Source of the DNA: Nitrososphaerota archaeon
Lineage (GTDB): Archaea; Iainarchaeota; Iainarchaeia; Iainarchaeales; GCA-2688035
Length of the DNA stretch: 48,347 bases
Assembly: GCA_017610265.1 (NCBI GenBank)
Contig: JAFCCH010000006.1
Location: 1-48,347, forward strand
Direction of reading: 5' to 3'
The notes beneath the pieces are model-generated. The model had not been told where the DNA came from, did not search any database, and saw only the letters and a list, made by a program, of their open reading frames with translations. The translations under genes and the position numbers were made by a program. This document shows, in pieces, positions 24,064-31,942 of this stretch (position 1 is the stretch's first letter; every line of letters begins with the position of its first letter).

Positions 24064-25059
24064 ATGGGAAAAAAATCTAAAGAAAGGATGAATGGAACAT
24101 TTCGTTTTGGTAGGTTAGAGAATTTTCCAATATCTTTTTTAGCAGTCTGTTTGGGCTTGTTTGGTTTTACTTTAACATGGCAAAAAGCAGAACAGGTGTT
24201 AAAATTTCCCTTTGTTATAAGTACTGCTTTGCTTTATTTTTCAATTATAGTCAGTGGAGTAATACTTGCAACCTATTTTATGAAACTAGTCAAATACCCT
24301 AAAAAAGTTAAACAAGAGTTTAACCACCCAATAAAACTCAATTTTTACCCAATAATTGCAAAGATTCTTTTGATTGCCAGTATAATTTACCTTGGTTTAA
24401 ACATTGTAATTTCAAAATACCTCTGGTGGGCAGGAGTTGTAATACAATTTATTTTTACAATAGTAATAATGTCTGCGTGGATAAAACATGAAAAATTCGA
24501 AATACACCATATTAACCCATCCTGGTTTATTCCTATTGTAGGCTGTATCATCATACCAATAGCCGGAATTGAACATTTTGCCCCAGAGCTCTCTTGGTTC
24601 TTTTTTAGTATAGGCATCTTTTGGTGGTTAATCTTAACAACAATAGTTATGAATAGAATAATCTTTCACCCCCCAATTTCCAATAAGTTAATGCCTACTT
24701 TTTTTATCTTATTTGCGCCCCCAGCAATAGGATTCATAGCTTTAACAAAATTGTTGGGCGGCATAAATCCCTTTGGAAACATGCTCTACTATTTTGGACT
24801 GTTTTTGTTTATTCTTACCTTATTTCAGTTTAAGATGTTTGCAAAACTTCAATTTTATTTATCGTGGTGGGCATACTCCTTTCCTCTGGCTGCTTTAGCG
24901 ATAGCAACATTTTTATTCTACCATGAAACAAACGCATTTTTCTTTAAGATATTGTCATGGAGTTTATTCATACTGTTAAATTTTACCATGTTGTTGTTAT
25001 TCATCAAAACATTAAAAGCCATAAAAAATAGGATGATCTGTGTAGAGGAAGAGGAATAA
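24064..25059 (+). CDS. TehA/TDT (SLAC1) family anion/tellurite-resistance-type transporter
   Basis: 331 aa, about 10 TM helices. The N-terminal 'LENFPISFLAVCLGLFGFTLTW' is typical of TehA/Mae1 family proteins. Confidence 0.7.
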   Translation: MGKKSKERMNGTFRFGRLENFPISFLAVCLGLFGFTLTWQKAEQVLKFPFVISTALLYFSIIVSGVILATYFMKLVKYPKKVKQEFNHPIKLNFYPIIAKILLIASIIYLGLNIVISKYLWWAGVVIQFIFTIVIMSAWIKHEKFEIHHINPSWFIPIVGCIIIPIAGIEHFAPELSWFFFSIGIFWWLILTTIVMNRIIFHPPISNKLMPTFFILFAPPAIGFIALTKLLGGINPFGNMLYYFGLFLFILTLFQFKMFAKLQFYLSWWAYSFPLAALAIATFLFYHETNAFFFKILSWSLFILLNFTMLLLFIKTLKAIKNRMICVEEEE

Positions 25060-25110
25060 CTAATCAGATTACTTAAGCAACAGGATTAAAGAGATTAGAG
25101 TTGGTAAAGG

Positions 25111-25683
25111 ATGAACAAAGAAATAAAAAACTGGGAAGAAAAAGAGGGCATTAAATTCCTAAGCAAAATTGGAATCAAAAAAGGTCAAAAGGTATTGGAT
25201 TTTGGGGCTAGAATTGGCCACTACTCGATTCCAATAGCCACAGTTGTTGGAAACAAAGGAAGCGTTTATGCGTTGGATAAAAACAAAGAGCCTTTAGATG
25301 AACTAAAAAGAAAGGCCAAGGCGCAAAGACTAAAAAACATAGCCCTGATAAAAACAAACGGCTCACTGGAAACAGGACTGGAAAATAATTCTGTTGACGC
25401 CACACTTGCCTATGACGTATTGCACTTAATAGATAACAGAAAAAAGTTATACAAAGAAATCCACCGTGTTCTGCAAAAGAATGGCCTATTCTCAGTATAC
25501 CCAAAACACAATAAATTAGACCAGCCAGAACAGGGTTTAAAAAATCTAGATCCAAAAGATGTTATAAAAGAAATAGAAGCTCACAACTTTTATTTTGAAG
25601 CAAAACATTGCGGGCTGATAAGCCACGATGATTTTCTTAATGAGGGATGCGTTTTAAATTTCAGAAAAAAAGAAAATATTTAG
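25111..25683 (+). CDS. class I SAM-dependent methyltransferase (TehB-like position)
   Basis: Motif I 'KVLDFGARIGHYS', then 'VYALDKN' and 'VDATLAYDVLHLI'. 190 aa. Confidence 0.7.
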   Translation: MNKEIKNWEEKEGIKFLSKIGIKKGQKVLDFGARIGHYSIPIATVVGNKGSVYALDKNKEPLDELKRKAKAQRLKNIALIKTNGSLETGLENNSVDATLAYDVLHLIDNRKKLYKEIHRVLQKNGLFSVYPKHNKLDQPEQGLKNLDPKDVIKEIEAHNFYFEAKHCGLISHDDFLNEGCVLNFRKKENI

Positions 25684-25695
25684 AGGCAGAAAAAA

Positions 25696-25926
25696 ATGAA
25701 AAAAACAATAAACGGCTGGTTATTTAATAGAATAGAAAAAATTGGCGGCAAGGAGTTTAACCATATTGGATGCGAAGGGGAAAACGCTTCTTTTGGCGAC
25801 TTCCTTGCTTCGTTTGTGCCAAAAATAGGAACGAGAAAAAAAGTAAAGTTTACAATAGAAATATATGACAATTCTAAAAATGGAAAAACAAACATTGAAA
25901 AGGGAGCAATGATAAAAAATGATTAA
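25696..25926 (+). CDS. hypothetical protein (76 aa)
   Basis: ORF in operon spacing, with an ATGA overlap with the next gene. No motif recognised. Confidence 0.35.
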   Translation: MKKTINGWLFNRIEKIGGKEFNHIGCEGENASFGDFLASFVPKIGTRKKVKFTIEIYDNSKNGKTNIEKGAMIKND

Positions 25927-26095
25927 AATAAACAAAAAACTGTGCGCTGGCTGTGGAAACTGTGTGGAAGCATGCCCTTTTGAAGTATTGAAAATCAAAG
26001 ATGGAAAAGCAGTAGTCATAAATCCAGAAAAATGCCAAAAATGCGGGGCATGCATGTCTGTTTGCCCAAACAACGCAATCAAAATCGGGGAATGA
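25919..26095 (+). CDS. fdx: unlisted 58-aa 2x[4Fe-4S] ferredoxin
   Basis: My translation: MIKINKKLCAGCGNCVEACPFEVLKIKDGKAVVINPEKCQKCGACMSVCPNNAIKIGE. It has two CxxCxxCxxxCP motifs. It is below the track cutoff and overlaps both neighbours by ATGA. Confidence 0.85.
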   Translation: MIKINKKLCAGCGNCVEACPFEVLKIKDGKAVVINPEKCQKCGACMSVCPNNAIKIGE

Positions 26096-26364
26096 CAATG
26101 GATATAAAGATGAAAAAACTGGCCAAAGAATTTGAGGAATATGCAAAGGCAAATGGTTTTAGATTAAATCCTAACAAAAAAATGTTGAAAGGAACCTTAA
26201 AGGGCCTTATTGAAAATGAAAAAAGGCATGGTAAAAAATACTGCCCTTGCAGAAGGATAACAGAAAACATGGAAGAAAACAAAAAAATAATATGCCCATG
26301 CATTTACCACAAAAAAGAAATTGAAACACAAGGACATTGCCTTTGCCAACTTTTCGTAAGGTGA
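26092..26364 (+). CDS. ferredoxin:thioredoxin reductase catalytic-subunit homolog (FTRC/FDR-like)
   Basis: CPC-X16-CPC-X13-CLC arrangement: 'KKYCPCRRITENMEENKKIICPCIYHKKEIETQGHCLCQLF'. Start at ATG 26092, overlapping the fdx stop. Confidence 0.85.
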   Translation: MTMDIKMKKLAKEFEEYAKANGFRLNPNKKMLKGTLKGLIENEKRHGKKYCPCRRITENMEENKKIICPCIYHKKEIETQGHCLCQLFVR

Positions 26365-26396
26365 TGCAAAATACAGCTGCTCGGAGAAAAAAAAAG

Positions 26397-26741
26397 ATGA
26401 TAACTTTTGCATGCAAAAAAATAAGGCTAAATGAAATTATTAGCTGCTCATTCAGTTTAAACAAAACTGAATACACGGTATTTATGTTTTTGTTTAAAAA
26501 AGAAAAAGAATTTGACATTCACAGCCTTTCCAAAAAAATGGGTTTAGAAAGAACAACCTTACAAAAAGCACTAAAAACGCTTTTAGATAAGAAGCTGGCA
26601 AAAAGAAGGCAAATGAACCTAAAAACAGGGGGTTATTTCTTTTTGTACAACATAAAAAACAAAAACTCAATAAAGATGAGGCTTTTCGAGATAATTAGAC
26701 AGTGGGAAAAAATTGCCGAAGAGGAAATACAAACACTATAA
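26397..26741 (+). CDS. winged-helix transcription regulator (TrmB/MarR-like)
   Basis: 'LNKTEYTVFMFLFKKEKEFDIHSLSKKMGLERTTLQKALKTLLDKKLAKRR' has the wHTH layout. An alternative start at ATG 26364 overlaps the FTR stop. Confidence 0.55.
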   Translation: MITFACKKIRLNEIISCSFSLNKTEYTVFMFLFKKEKEFDIHSLSKKMGLERTTLQKALKTLLDKKLAKRRQMNLKTGGYFFLYNIKNKNSIKMRLFEIIRQWEKIAEEEIQTL

Positions 26742-26748
26742 TAATGCA

Positions 26749-26785
26749 CATATGCCCAAAACGTATTTAAAGCTTTTGAAGCATA
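26749..26785 (+). promoter_or_regulatory. second copy of the CATAYGCCCAAAACGTATTTAAA promoter/operator motif, with TATGC-N25-GCATA inverted repeat
   Basis: See 20052-20089. The TATA-like 'gtatttaaag' lies about 32 nt upstream of ATG 26802. Confidence 0.6.
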
Positions 26786-26801
26786 ATTTAGTTGGTTTAA
26801 A

Positions 26802-27635
26802 ATGAAACAAATTGCGATTACAGGAGGCAAGGGAGGAACAGGCAAAAGTACTGTTGCCACAGCTCTGGCAGTAGAGCTTGGAAAAAGCCACAAAGTTTTG
26901 CTTGTTGACGCAGATGTTGACTGTCCAAACGACCACTTACTTTTAGGAATTGAAAGGAAACCGTTGAAAAAGGTTTTTCAAAGGATTCCAAAATGGGATT
27001 TTGAAAAATGCATAAAATGCGGAAAATGTGCCGAAGCATGCAAGATCAATTCCATTTTTGCCCCCAAAGGAAAACAGCCTGTTTTTCTGCCACAGCAATG
27101 TAATGGATGCGGAGCATGTGTTATAACCTGCCCTGCAAAGGCAATAGGCTGGAGTGAAAAGGAAATTGGAGAAGTTTTCAAAGGAAAGGGATATGGCATT
27201 GACTTTATTTCAGGCGAATTAAAAATAAACGAGGCTGTTTCCGAATTTGTTGTCGCATCCTTGAAAGAAGAGGTTGAAAAGATCAAGGAAAGCTATGATT
27301 TTGTCTTGTTTGATACAGCCGCCGGAACTCACTGCGATGTTATTTCAGCATTGGAGGGGTCAAAAATGGCTTTGGCTGTCACAGAGCCAACGCCTTTGGG
27401 AGAGCATGACCTTGAATTAATTATGAAGCTTTTGAAAAAGCTCGGCATAAAATTTGAAATTATTTTAAACAGGTTTGAAAAAGGCGGAAAAAAAATTATT
27501 GAAAATTCAGCAGAAAGACAAGGTAAAACAATTGCTGCAAAAATACCTTACAGTAAAAAAATAATGGAAAGTTACAGCAAGGGAATTCCTGTAAGCCATG
27601 AAAGCATTAAGGCAATTGCGGAGCTGGTTAAATGA
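26802..27635 (+). CDS. MinD/ParA-type P-loop ATPase with inserted 2x[4Fe-4S] ferredoxin domain
   Basis: 'IAITGGKGGTGKSTVA', 'VDADVDCPN', then 'CIKCGKCAEACK' and 'CNGCGACVITCP', followed by the remainder of the MinD fold. Confidence 0.85.
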   Translation: MKQIAITGGKGGTGKSTVATALAVELGKSHKVLLVDADVDCPNDHLLLGIERKPLKKVFQRIPKWDFEKCIKCGKCAEACKINSIFAPKGKQPVFLPQQCNGCGACVITCPAKAIGWSEKEIGEVFKGKGYGIDFISGELKINEAVSEFVVASLKEEVEKIKESYDFVLFDTAAGTHCDVISALEGSKMALAVTEPTPLGEHDLELIMKLLKKLGIKFEIILNRFEKGGKKIIENSAERQGKTIAAKIPYSKKIMESYSKGIPVSHESIKAIAELVK

Positions 27636-28519
27636 AAAAAATAACTGTTTTGTCAGGCAAGGGTGGAGTAGGCAAGAGCAGCATTGCGGCATCGCTTGCT
27701 GTTTTGCTTGCCGAGAAACACAAAATTGTTTGCGCTGACTGCGATGTTGACGCTTCAAACCTTGCGCTTGTGTTTGGGTTAAGGGAAAAGGATTTTGACG
27801 AATGGAAAAAAATTTCAACAAACGAGAAAGCAAGGCTTGATGAAGGAAAGTGCAATGGCTGCAAAAAATGCGTTGAAAGCTGTTACTTTAATGCAATCAA
27901 ATGGAATGAGGAAAAAAAGCAGCCTATTTTTGACGAGTTTTCCTGCGAGGGCTGCGGAGCATGTGAAATCACCTGCCCTGAAAAGGCAATAAGCCTTGTT
28001 CAGGTTGAAAATGCAAAAATCGGTTATGGGAAAACAAAATACGGTTTCACAGTTGTTTCAGGCCAACTTGAAATGGGCGAATCAGGTTCAGGAAAAGTTG
28101 TAGCAGAGGTAAGAAAGCTTGCCGAAGAAAAAGGCAAGGGCGCAGAAATTATGGTAATTGATGCCGCAGCAGGAATAGGTTGCCCTGTAATTGCATCAGT
28201 TGTCGGAAGCGATTTTGTTATAGGAGTAACAGAGCCAACCCCTTCAGGCCTTTCTGACTTGAAAAGGGCATTGCAGATGACAAGACATTTTGGAATTGAA
28301 TGCGGAATAGTGATAAACAAACACGACCTAAATCCAGAAATGTCAAAAACTATTGAAAAATTTGCAGAAGAAAATTCAATGCCTGTTTTGGCAAAAATAG
28401 GCTATGACAAAAACTTTGTTAATGCATTGGTTAACCTTGTGCCAATAATAGAATACAACCCAAAAATAAGACCTGTTTTTGAGGAAATCCTGCAAAAACT
28501 GCCAACAGGAAAGAAATAA
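27632..28519 (+). CDS. MinD/ParA-type P-loop ATPase with inserted 2x[4Fe-4S] ferredoxin domain (second paralog)
   Basis: 'ITVLSGKGGVGKSSIA', 'CADCDVDASN', 'CNGCKKCVESC' and 'CEGCGACEITCP'. ATGA overlap with the upstream paralog. Confidence 0.85.
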   Translation: MKKITVLSGKGGVGKSSIAASLAVLLAEKHKIVCADCDVDASNLALVFGLREKDFDEWKKISTNEKARLDEGKCNGCKKCVESCYFNAIKWNEEKKQPIFDEFSCEGCGACEITCPEKAISLVQVENAKIGYGKTKYGFTVVSGQLEMGESGSGKVVAEVRKLAEEKGKGAEIMVIDAAAGIGCPVIASVVGSDFVIGVTEPTPSGLSDLKRALQMTRHFGIECGIVINKHDLNPEMSKTIEKFAEENSMPVLAKIGYDKNFVNALVNLVPIIEYNPKIRPVFEEILQKLPTGKK

Positions 28520-28529
28520 ACACATAAAC

Positions 28530-28556
28530 AAACGTTTATATGCTTTTTCTTGCATA
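28530..28556 (+). promoter_or_regulatory. BRE/TATA-like 'aaacgtttatat' overlapping a TATGC-N8-GCATA inverted repeat upstream of the ArsR-family gene
   Basis: Read directly: TATGC at 28539-28543 and GCATA at 28552-28556. ATG 28568 lies about 30 nt from the TATA. Confidence 0.5.
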
Positions 28557-28567
28557 AGTATATTGCA

Positions 28568-28945
28568 ATGATTAAACCAAAAGATACGCAAACAGCAATG
28601 GCTTTTGCAAGGGTTTTTGGAACCTTGGCAGACCCAAACAGGCTGCTGATACTGAAAGCTCTTGGAAACAAGGAAAAGTCTGTTAACCAAATAGCGGTTG
28701 AATTAGGACTTTCACAGCCACTGGTTTCACACCATTTGGCCGCATTGAAAGCAGTGGGCTTGGCAATTTCAAAAAAAGCAGGCTCATTTGTTTTTTACAG
28801 AATTTCAACGGAAAAAATTTTGGACTTTGTAAACGGTCTTGAGGAAACATTGCAGGACATAGAAAAAAATACAGAACCAACGGCTTTCCCCCAACCTTAT
28901 ACCTTTTTTAAGGCAAGAGGCAGGCGTGGAAGGAGATGGATGTAA
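28568..28945 (+). CDS. ArsR/SmtB family metalloregulator with Arg-rich C-terminal tail
   Basis: 'FARVFGTLADPNRLLILKALGNKEKSVNQIAVELGLSQPLVSHHLAALKAVGL' is a canonical ArsR HTH. The tail is 'KARGRRGRRWM'. Start at ATG 28568 (track: 28550). Confidence 0.85.
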   Translation: MIKPKDTQTAMAFARVFGTLADPNRLLILKALGNKEKSVNQIAVELGLSQPLVSHHLAALKAVGLAISKKAGSFVFYRISTEKILDFVNGLEETLQDIEKNTEPTAFPQPYTFFKARGRRGRRWM

Positions 28946-28964
28946 AAAAAGGAGGTGGCAGGCA

Positions 28965-29054
28965 ATGGCTTGTCCCGGAGACAAAATAAGAAGTAAAGGA
29001 AAAGGAAGAGGCCTTGGAACAGGAAAAGGAAAAGGCCCAATTGGAAGGAGGTGA
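28965..29054 (+). CDS. candidate 29-aa Gly/Lys/Arg-rich micro-ORF
   Basis: My translation: MACPGDKIRSKGKGRGLGTGKGKGPIGRR. SD 'aaaggaggtg' (28949-28958) lies 7 nt upstream. Its stop overlaps the SD of the DUF5320 gene. Coding status is unproven. Confidence 0.35.
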   Translation: MACPGDKIRSKGKGRGLGTGKGKGPIGRR

Positions 29055-29058
29055 AAAA

Positions 29059-29484
29059 ATGCCAAGAGGAGATGGAACAGGACCAAACGGCTCTGGCCCA
29101 ATGACTGGAAGAGCAGCAGGATACTGTGCAGGCAATGCAGCACCAGGCTATGCAAATTCTTATAGGGGCAGAGGCTTTTATGGAAGAGGCGCAGGCTTTG
29201 GACGTGGCTTTGGAAGAGGCGCAGGCTTTGGACGTGGCTTTGGAAGAGGCGCAGGCTTTGGACGTGGCTTTGGAAGAGGTGTTTATGCCACAAGAACCCC
29301 AGTAAGCAATTATGACGCTTATGCACCTTATTCAATGCCATATGTAGGACCTTACACACAAACACAGCAGCCCAGCGAAGAAGAGGCTAAAAGGCAGGAA
29401 AAAACTGCTTTGGAACAGGAAACAAAGGCTTTGGAAGAAGGACTTGCAGAAATAAAAAAAAGGCTTGCAGAATTGGGAAAATAA
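29059..29484 (+). CDS. DUF5320 family protein with expanded GRGAGFGRGF repeats and C-terminal coiled coil
   Basis: 'MPRGDGTGPNGSGPMTGRAAGYCAG' is the DUF5320 N-terminal box. A C-terminal 'EEEAKRQEKTALEQETKALEEGLAEIKKRLAELGK' helix follows. SD 'ggaggtg' lies upstream. The track ORF starts at 29014 inside the micro-ORF region. Confidence 0.75.
   Translation: MPRGDGTGPNGSGPMTGRAAGYCAGNAAPGYANSYRGRGFYGRGAGFGRGFGRGAGFGRGFGRGAGFGRGFGRGVYATRTPVSNYDAYAPYSMPYVGPYTQTQQPSEEEAKRQEKTALEQETKALEEGLAEIKKRLAELGK
29182..29280 (+). repeat. perfect 30-bp coding tandem repeat x3 (+9-nt partial)
   Basis: ggaagaggcgcaggctttggacgtggcttt at 29182-29211, 29212-29241 and 29242-29271, with no mismatch. Confidence 0.95.
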
Positions 29485-29519
29485 AAAAGCAAAAGCCAAT
29501 AAACAGGCAAAAAAGTTAA

Positions 29520-29556
29520 CCGGTGGCTGTGAAAAGCCACCGGATTGATTTTTTTG
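29520..29556 (+). terminator. 9-bp perfect hairpin plus T-tract after the DUF5320 gene
   Basis: CCGGTGGCT-gtgaaa-AGCCACCGG (29520-29543), followed by attgattttttt. Confidence 0.65.
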
Positions 29557-29637
29557 GGCAGAATTTTACCGCATTATAGTTATTTAAAAATTGTGTTTTT
29601 ATAAATATTATAAAGATGTTTTAGATAGTGTTTTTTA

Positions 29638-30045
29638 TTGCCGGATTTTGAAACGGAAAAAATTAAAGCGGAAAAATTTAAGAAAATGCAAAAAGAACTT
29701 TTGAAAAAAGAGGTGAAACAATTGGAGATAAAAGTAGATGATGAAAATTTTGAAAAAGAAGTAATTAAAAAAAGCTGGAGTACGCCTGTTGTAACTGACT
29801 TTTGGGCAAGCTGGTGCATGCCTTGCCTTATGCTTGGACCAATACTTGAAAAATTTGCCAAAGAACTTGAGGGAAAATTTGTACTGGCAAAAGTAAATGT
29901 TGATGAAACCCGTGCGGCAAGCGAAAAATATGAAATTTCAAGCATTCCAGCAATAAAAATGTTTAAAAACGGAAAAGTAGTTGACGAATTTATTGGAGTA
30001 TTACCGAAAGAAATGATTAGGGACTGGCTGAAGAAAAATTTGTGA
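29638..30045 (+). CDS. trx: thioredoxin with WCMPC active site (paralog of 21053-21460)
   Basis: 'VVTDFWASWCMPCLMLGPILEKFAKEL'. TTG start. An AT-rich TATA-like 'tttttataaatattataaag' lies about 30 nt upstream. Confidence 0.85.
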   Translation: MPDFETEKIKAEKFKKMQKELLKKEVKQLEIKVDDENFEKEVIKKSWSTPVVTDFWASWCMPCLMLGPILEKFAKELEGKFVLAKVNVDETRAASEKYEISSIPAIKMFKNGKVVDEFIGVLPKEMIRDWLKKNL

Positions 30046-30056
30046 GGTAAGCAAAA

Positions 30057-30323
30057 ATGGAAAGTGAAATGGAAAAAATTGCTGAAAAATATAGGATTCA
30101 TGCAAAAGAAAACGGTTTCAAATTAAACCCTGATGAAAAAATGCTGGAAGGGACCCTAAAGGGCTTAATTGAAAATGAAAAAAGGTACGGTAAAAAATAT
30201 TGCCCTTGCCGAAGAGTAACAGGAAACAAGGAAGAGGACAAAAAAATAATCTGCCCATGCATTTACCACAAAAAAGAAATTGAAACACAAGGACATTGCC
30301 TTTGCAGGCTGTTTGTAAGGTGA
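30057..30323 (+). CDS. ferredoxin:thioredoxin reductase catalytic-subunit homolog (second copy)
   Basis: 'KKYCPCRRVTGNKEEDKKIICPCIYHKKEIETQGHCLCRLF'. 54 nt (30252-30305) are identical to 26293-26346. Confidence 0.85.
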   Translation: MESEMEKIAEKYRIHAKENGFKLNPDEKMLEGTLKGLIENEKRYGKKYCPCRRVTGNKEEDKKIICPCIYHKKEIETQGHCLCRLFVR

Positions 30324-30329
30324 TGCAAA

Positions 30330-30647
30330 ATGCAACTGCTTGTTTTTGTTTCATCCCACTGCCTGCACTGTCCAAAGGCAGTTGAAGCCGTAAAAAAAGC
30401 AGTTTCCAAATACAGCGATTATGATTTAAACTACAGAAAAATAAGGGCAAACACAACGGAAGCAAAAGAAATTTCAGGCAGTTATGACATAAGAGCATAC
30501 CCAACAATAATAGGGTTAAATGAAGACAATGAAATCATTTGCAAAATGGTTGGAACGCCAACTGAAGAAAAGCTGGCAAAAGAAATTGAAAAAGGCCTTG
30601 GCTTAAAAAAATCTTTTTTTGAAAAAATTTTTGGCAAAAAAAAATGA
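30330..30647 (+). CDS. small thioredoxin-fold / glutaredoxin-like protein (CLHC active site)
   Basis: 'LLVFVSSHCLHCPKAVEAVKKA...YPTII' is a CxxC at a beta1-alpha1 junction plus a cis-Pro motif. Confidence 0.7.
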   Translation: MQLLVFVSSHCLHCPKAVEAVKKAVSKYSDYDLNYRKIRANTTEAKEISGSYDIRAYPTIIGLNEDNEIICKMVGTPTEEKLAKEIEKGLGLKKSFFEKIFGKKK

Positions 30648-31042
30648 CTACAAAAAATTTTTTGGACAAAAAAAATAAAATTGCAGTAGTGGGAGTTTCT
30701 GCAAATCCGCAAAAATGGGGCTCAAAAATTTACAGTGAATTAAAGTCTACAGATTATTGCGTTTATGCAGTAAACCCAAAGCACAAAAAAATAGGGTTGG
30801 ACAATTGTTATCCAAATCTTGAAACCCTGCCAAAAAACCCAGATGTTGTGATAATTGTTGTCCCTTCAAACATTACTGAACAGGTTGTAAAGCAGTGTAA
30901 AAAGCTTGGCATAAAAAAGATTTGGATGCAGCCTGGTTCAGAATCAGAAAAAGCAGTAAAGTTTTGCAAAGACCACAAGATTGAACTGGTTTACAATGCC
31001 TGTTTTGTTGTTAACGGCTTAAAAAAAACACAAAAATTTTAG
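30644..31042 (+). CDS. CoA-binding domain protein (YccU/YneT-like)
   Basis: 'KIAVVGVSANPQKWGSKIY..L....Y.VYAVNPK' and 'VVIIVVP'. ATGA overlap with the upstream gene. Confidence 0.75.
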   Translation: MTTKNFLDKKNKIAVVGVSANPQKWGSKIYSELKSTDYCVYAVNPKHKKIGLDNCYPNLETLPKNPDVVIIVVPSNITEQVVKQCKKLGIKKIWMQPGSESEKAVKFCKDHKIELVYNACFVVNGLKKTQKF

Positions 31043-31123
31043 AAGGATTTAAACCTAAGCTTTGAGAAACTCACTTAAATGTTATGTTCATTTAATAAAT
31101 TTAACAAAAAACAGTGGTTTTGT

Positions 31124-31942
31124 ATGAAAAAAATGCTTTTAATTGTATTAATTGCCTTTCTTTTTATTGCTTCAAGCGCAAGCGCTGAAACAGTTTGCGG
31201 AGTCTATTTTACAAAAATTGGCTGCCCTGTTTGCGCAAAGGTTGACCCAGTTATTTTAGACCAGTGGATTCCAAGCCAAAGTGATACAGTAATAATAGAA
31301 TATGTTATGAACTCGTGGTTTGACCCACATGCAATCCTAATGGGAGAATACAATTTAGCACATGGCACAGGCAGTTCTGTTCCATTAATGATAAAAAATG
31401 CTAATGAAACATGGGCAGGCATTCCTGCTTTTTACACAAACGACGACATTTTTAAACATGCAGAAGAATTCTTTGAAGATGACCAAGGAAAATGCCTGCT
31501 TGTTGAAGGAGAAATTTCCTTTGAAGAACTTAATTTGAATAACTTGCCTGAAAAACCAAAGATTTGGGCAGGCAAAAGGCTTTTGGTCAAAACAGGCGAT
31601 GCACAAATTGAAAGCGATTTTCTGAAAGAGCTTTTGTTTACAGAAAATTTAACAAGCACAATTGCAAATGCACTATATGAATTAAAGGAAATAAAGGCAG
31701 AACCAACCCCCTATTCAGGAGGTTCAATTCCTTTTGAACAGGCAATTGACATTGGCAGCGGATGGATTTTGAAGCTAAAGGAAAAAATTGAATTGCCTGA
31801 AAATGTTGAAAAAATGGAAAACAATGGGAATGAAGGCAAGGGGGAAAATTATATAGAAGCAAATCCACTTGTTTTGTCTATAGGAATAATAATTGCAGGA
31901 CTTATTGCACTAATTATTTTTATTAAGGTGAAAAGCAAATGA
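31124..31942 (+). CDS. exported CxxC protein with C-terminal membrane anchor
   Basis: Signal peptide 'MKKMLLIVLIAFLFIASSASA', 'CGVYFTKIGCPVCAKV', and a C-terminal TM 'LVLSIGIIIAGLIALIIFI'. Start at ATG 31124 (track: 31079). Confidence 0.6.
   Translation: MKKMLLIVLIAFLFIASSASAETVCGVYFTKIGCPVCAKVDPVILDQWIPSQSDTVIIEYVMNSWFDPHAILMGEYNLAHGTGSSVPLMIKNANETWAGIPAFYTNDDIFKHAEEFFEDDQGKCLLVEGEISFEELNLNNLPEKPKIWAGKRLLVKTGDAQIESDFLKELLFTENLTSTIANALYELKEIKAEPTPYSGGSIPFEQAIDIGSGWILKLKEKIELPENVEKMENNGNEGKGENYIEANPLVLSIGIIIAGLIALIIFIKVKSK

Noticed and set aside
28805-29365. 186-aa minus-strand ORF with 'LFQSHVQSLR' repeats
   Set aside because: It is the reverse-frame reading of the 30-bp DUF5320 repeats. 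The plus-strand gene has an SD, a recognisable family N-terminus and operon context.
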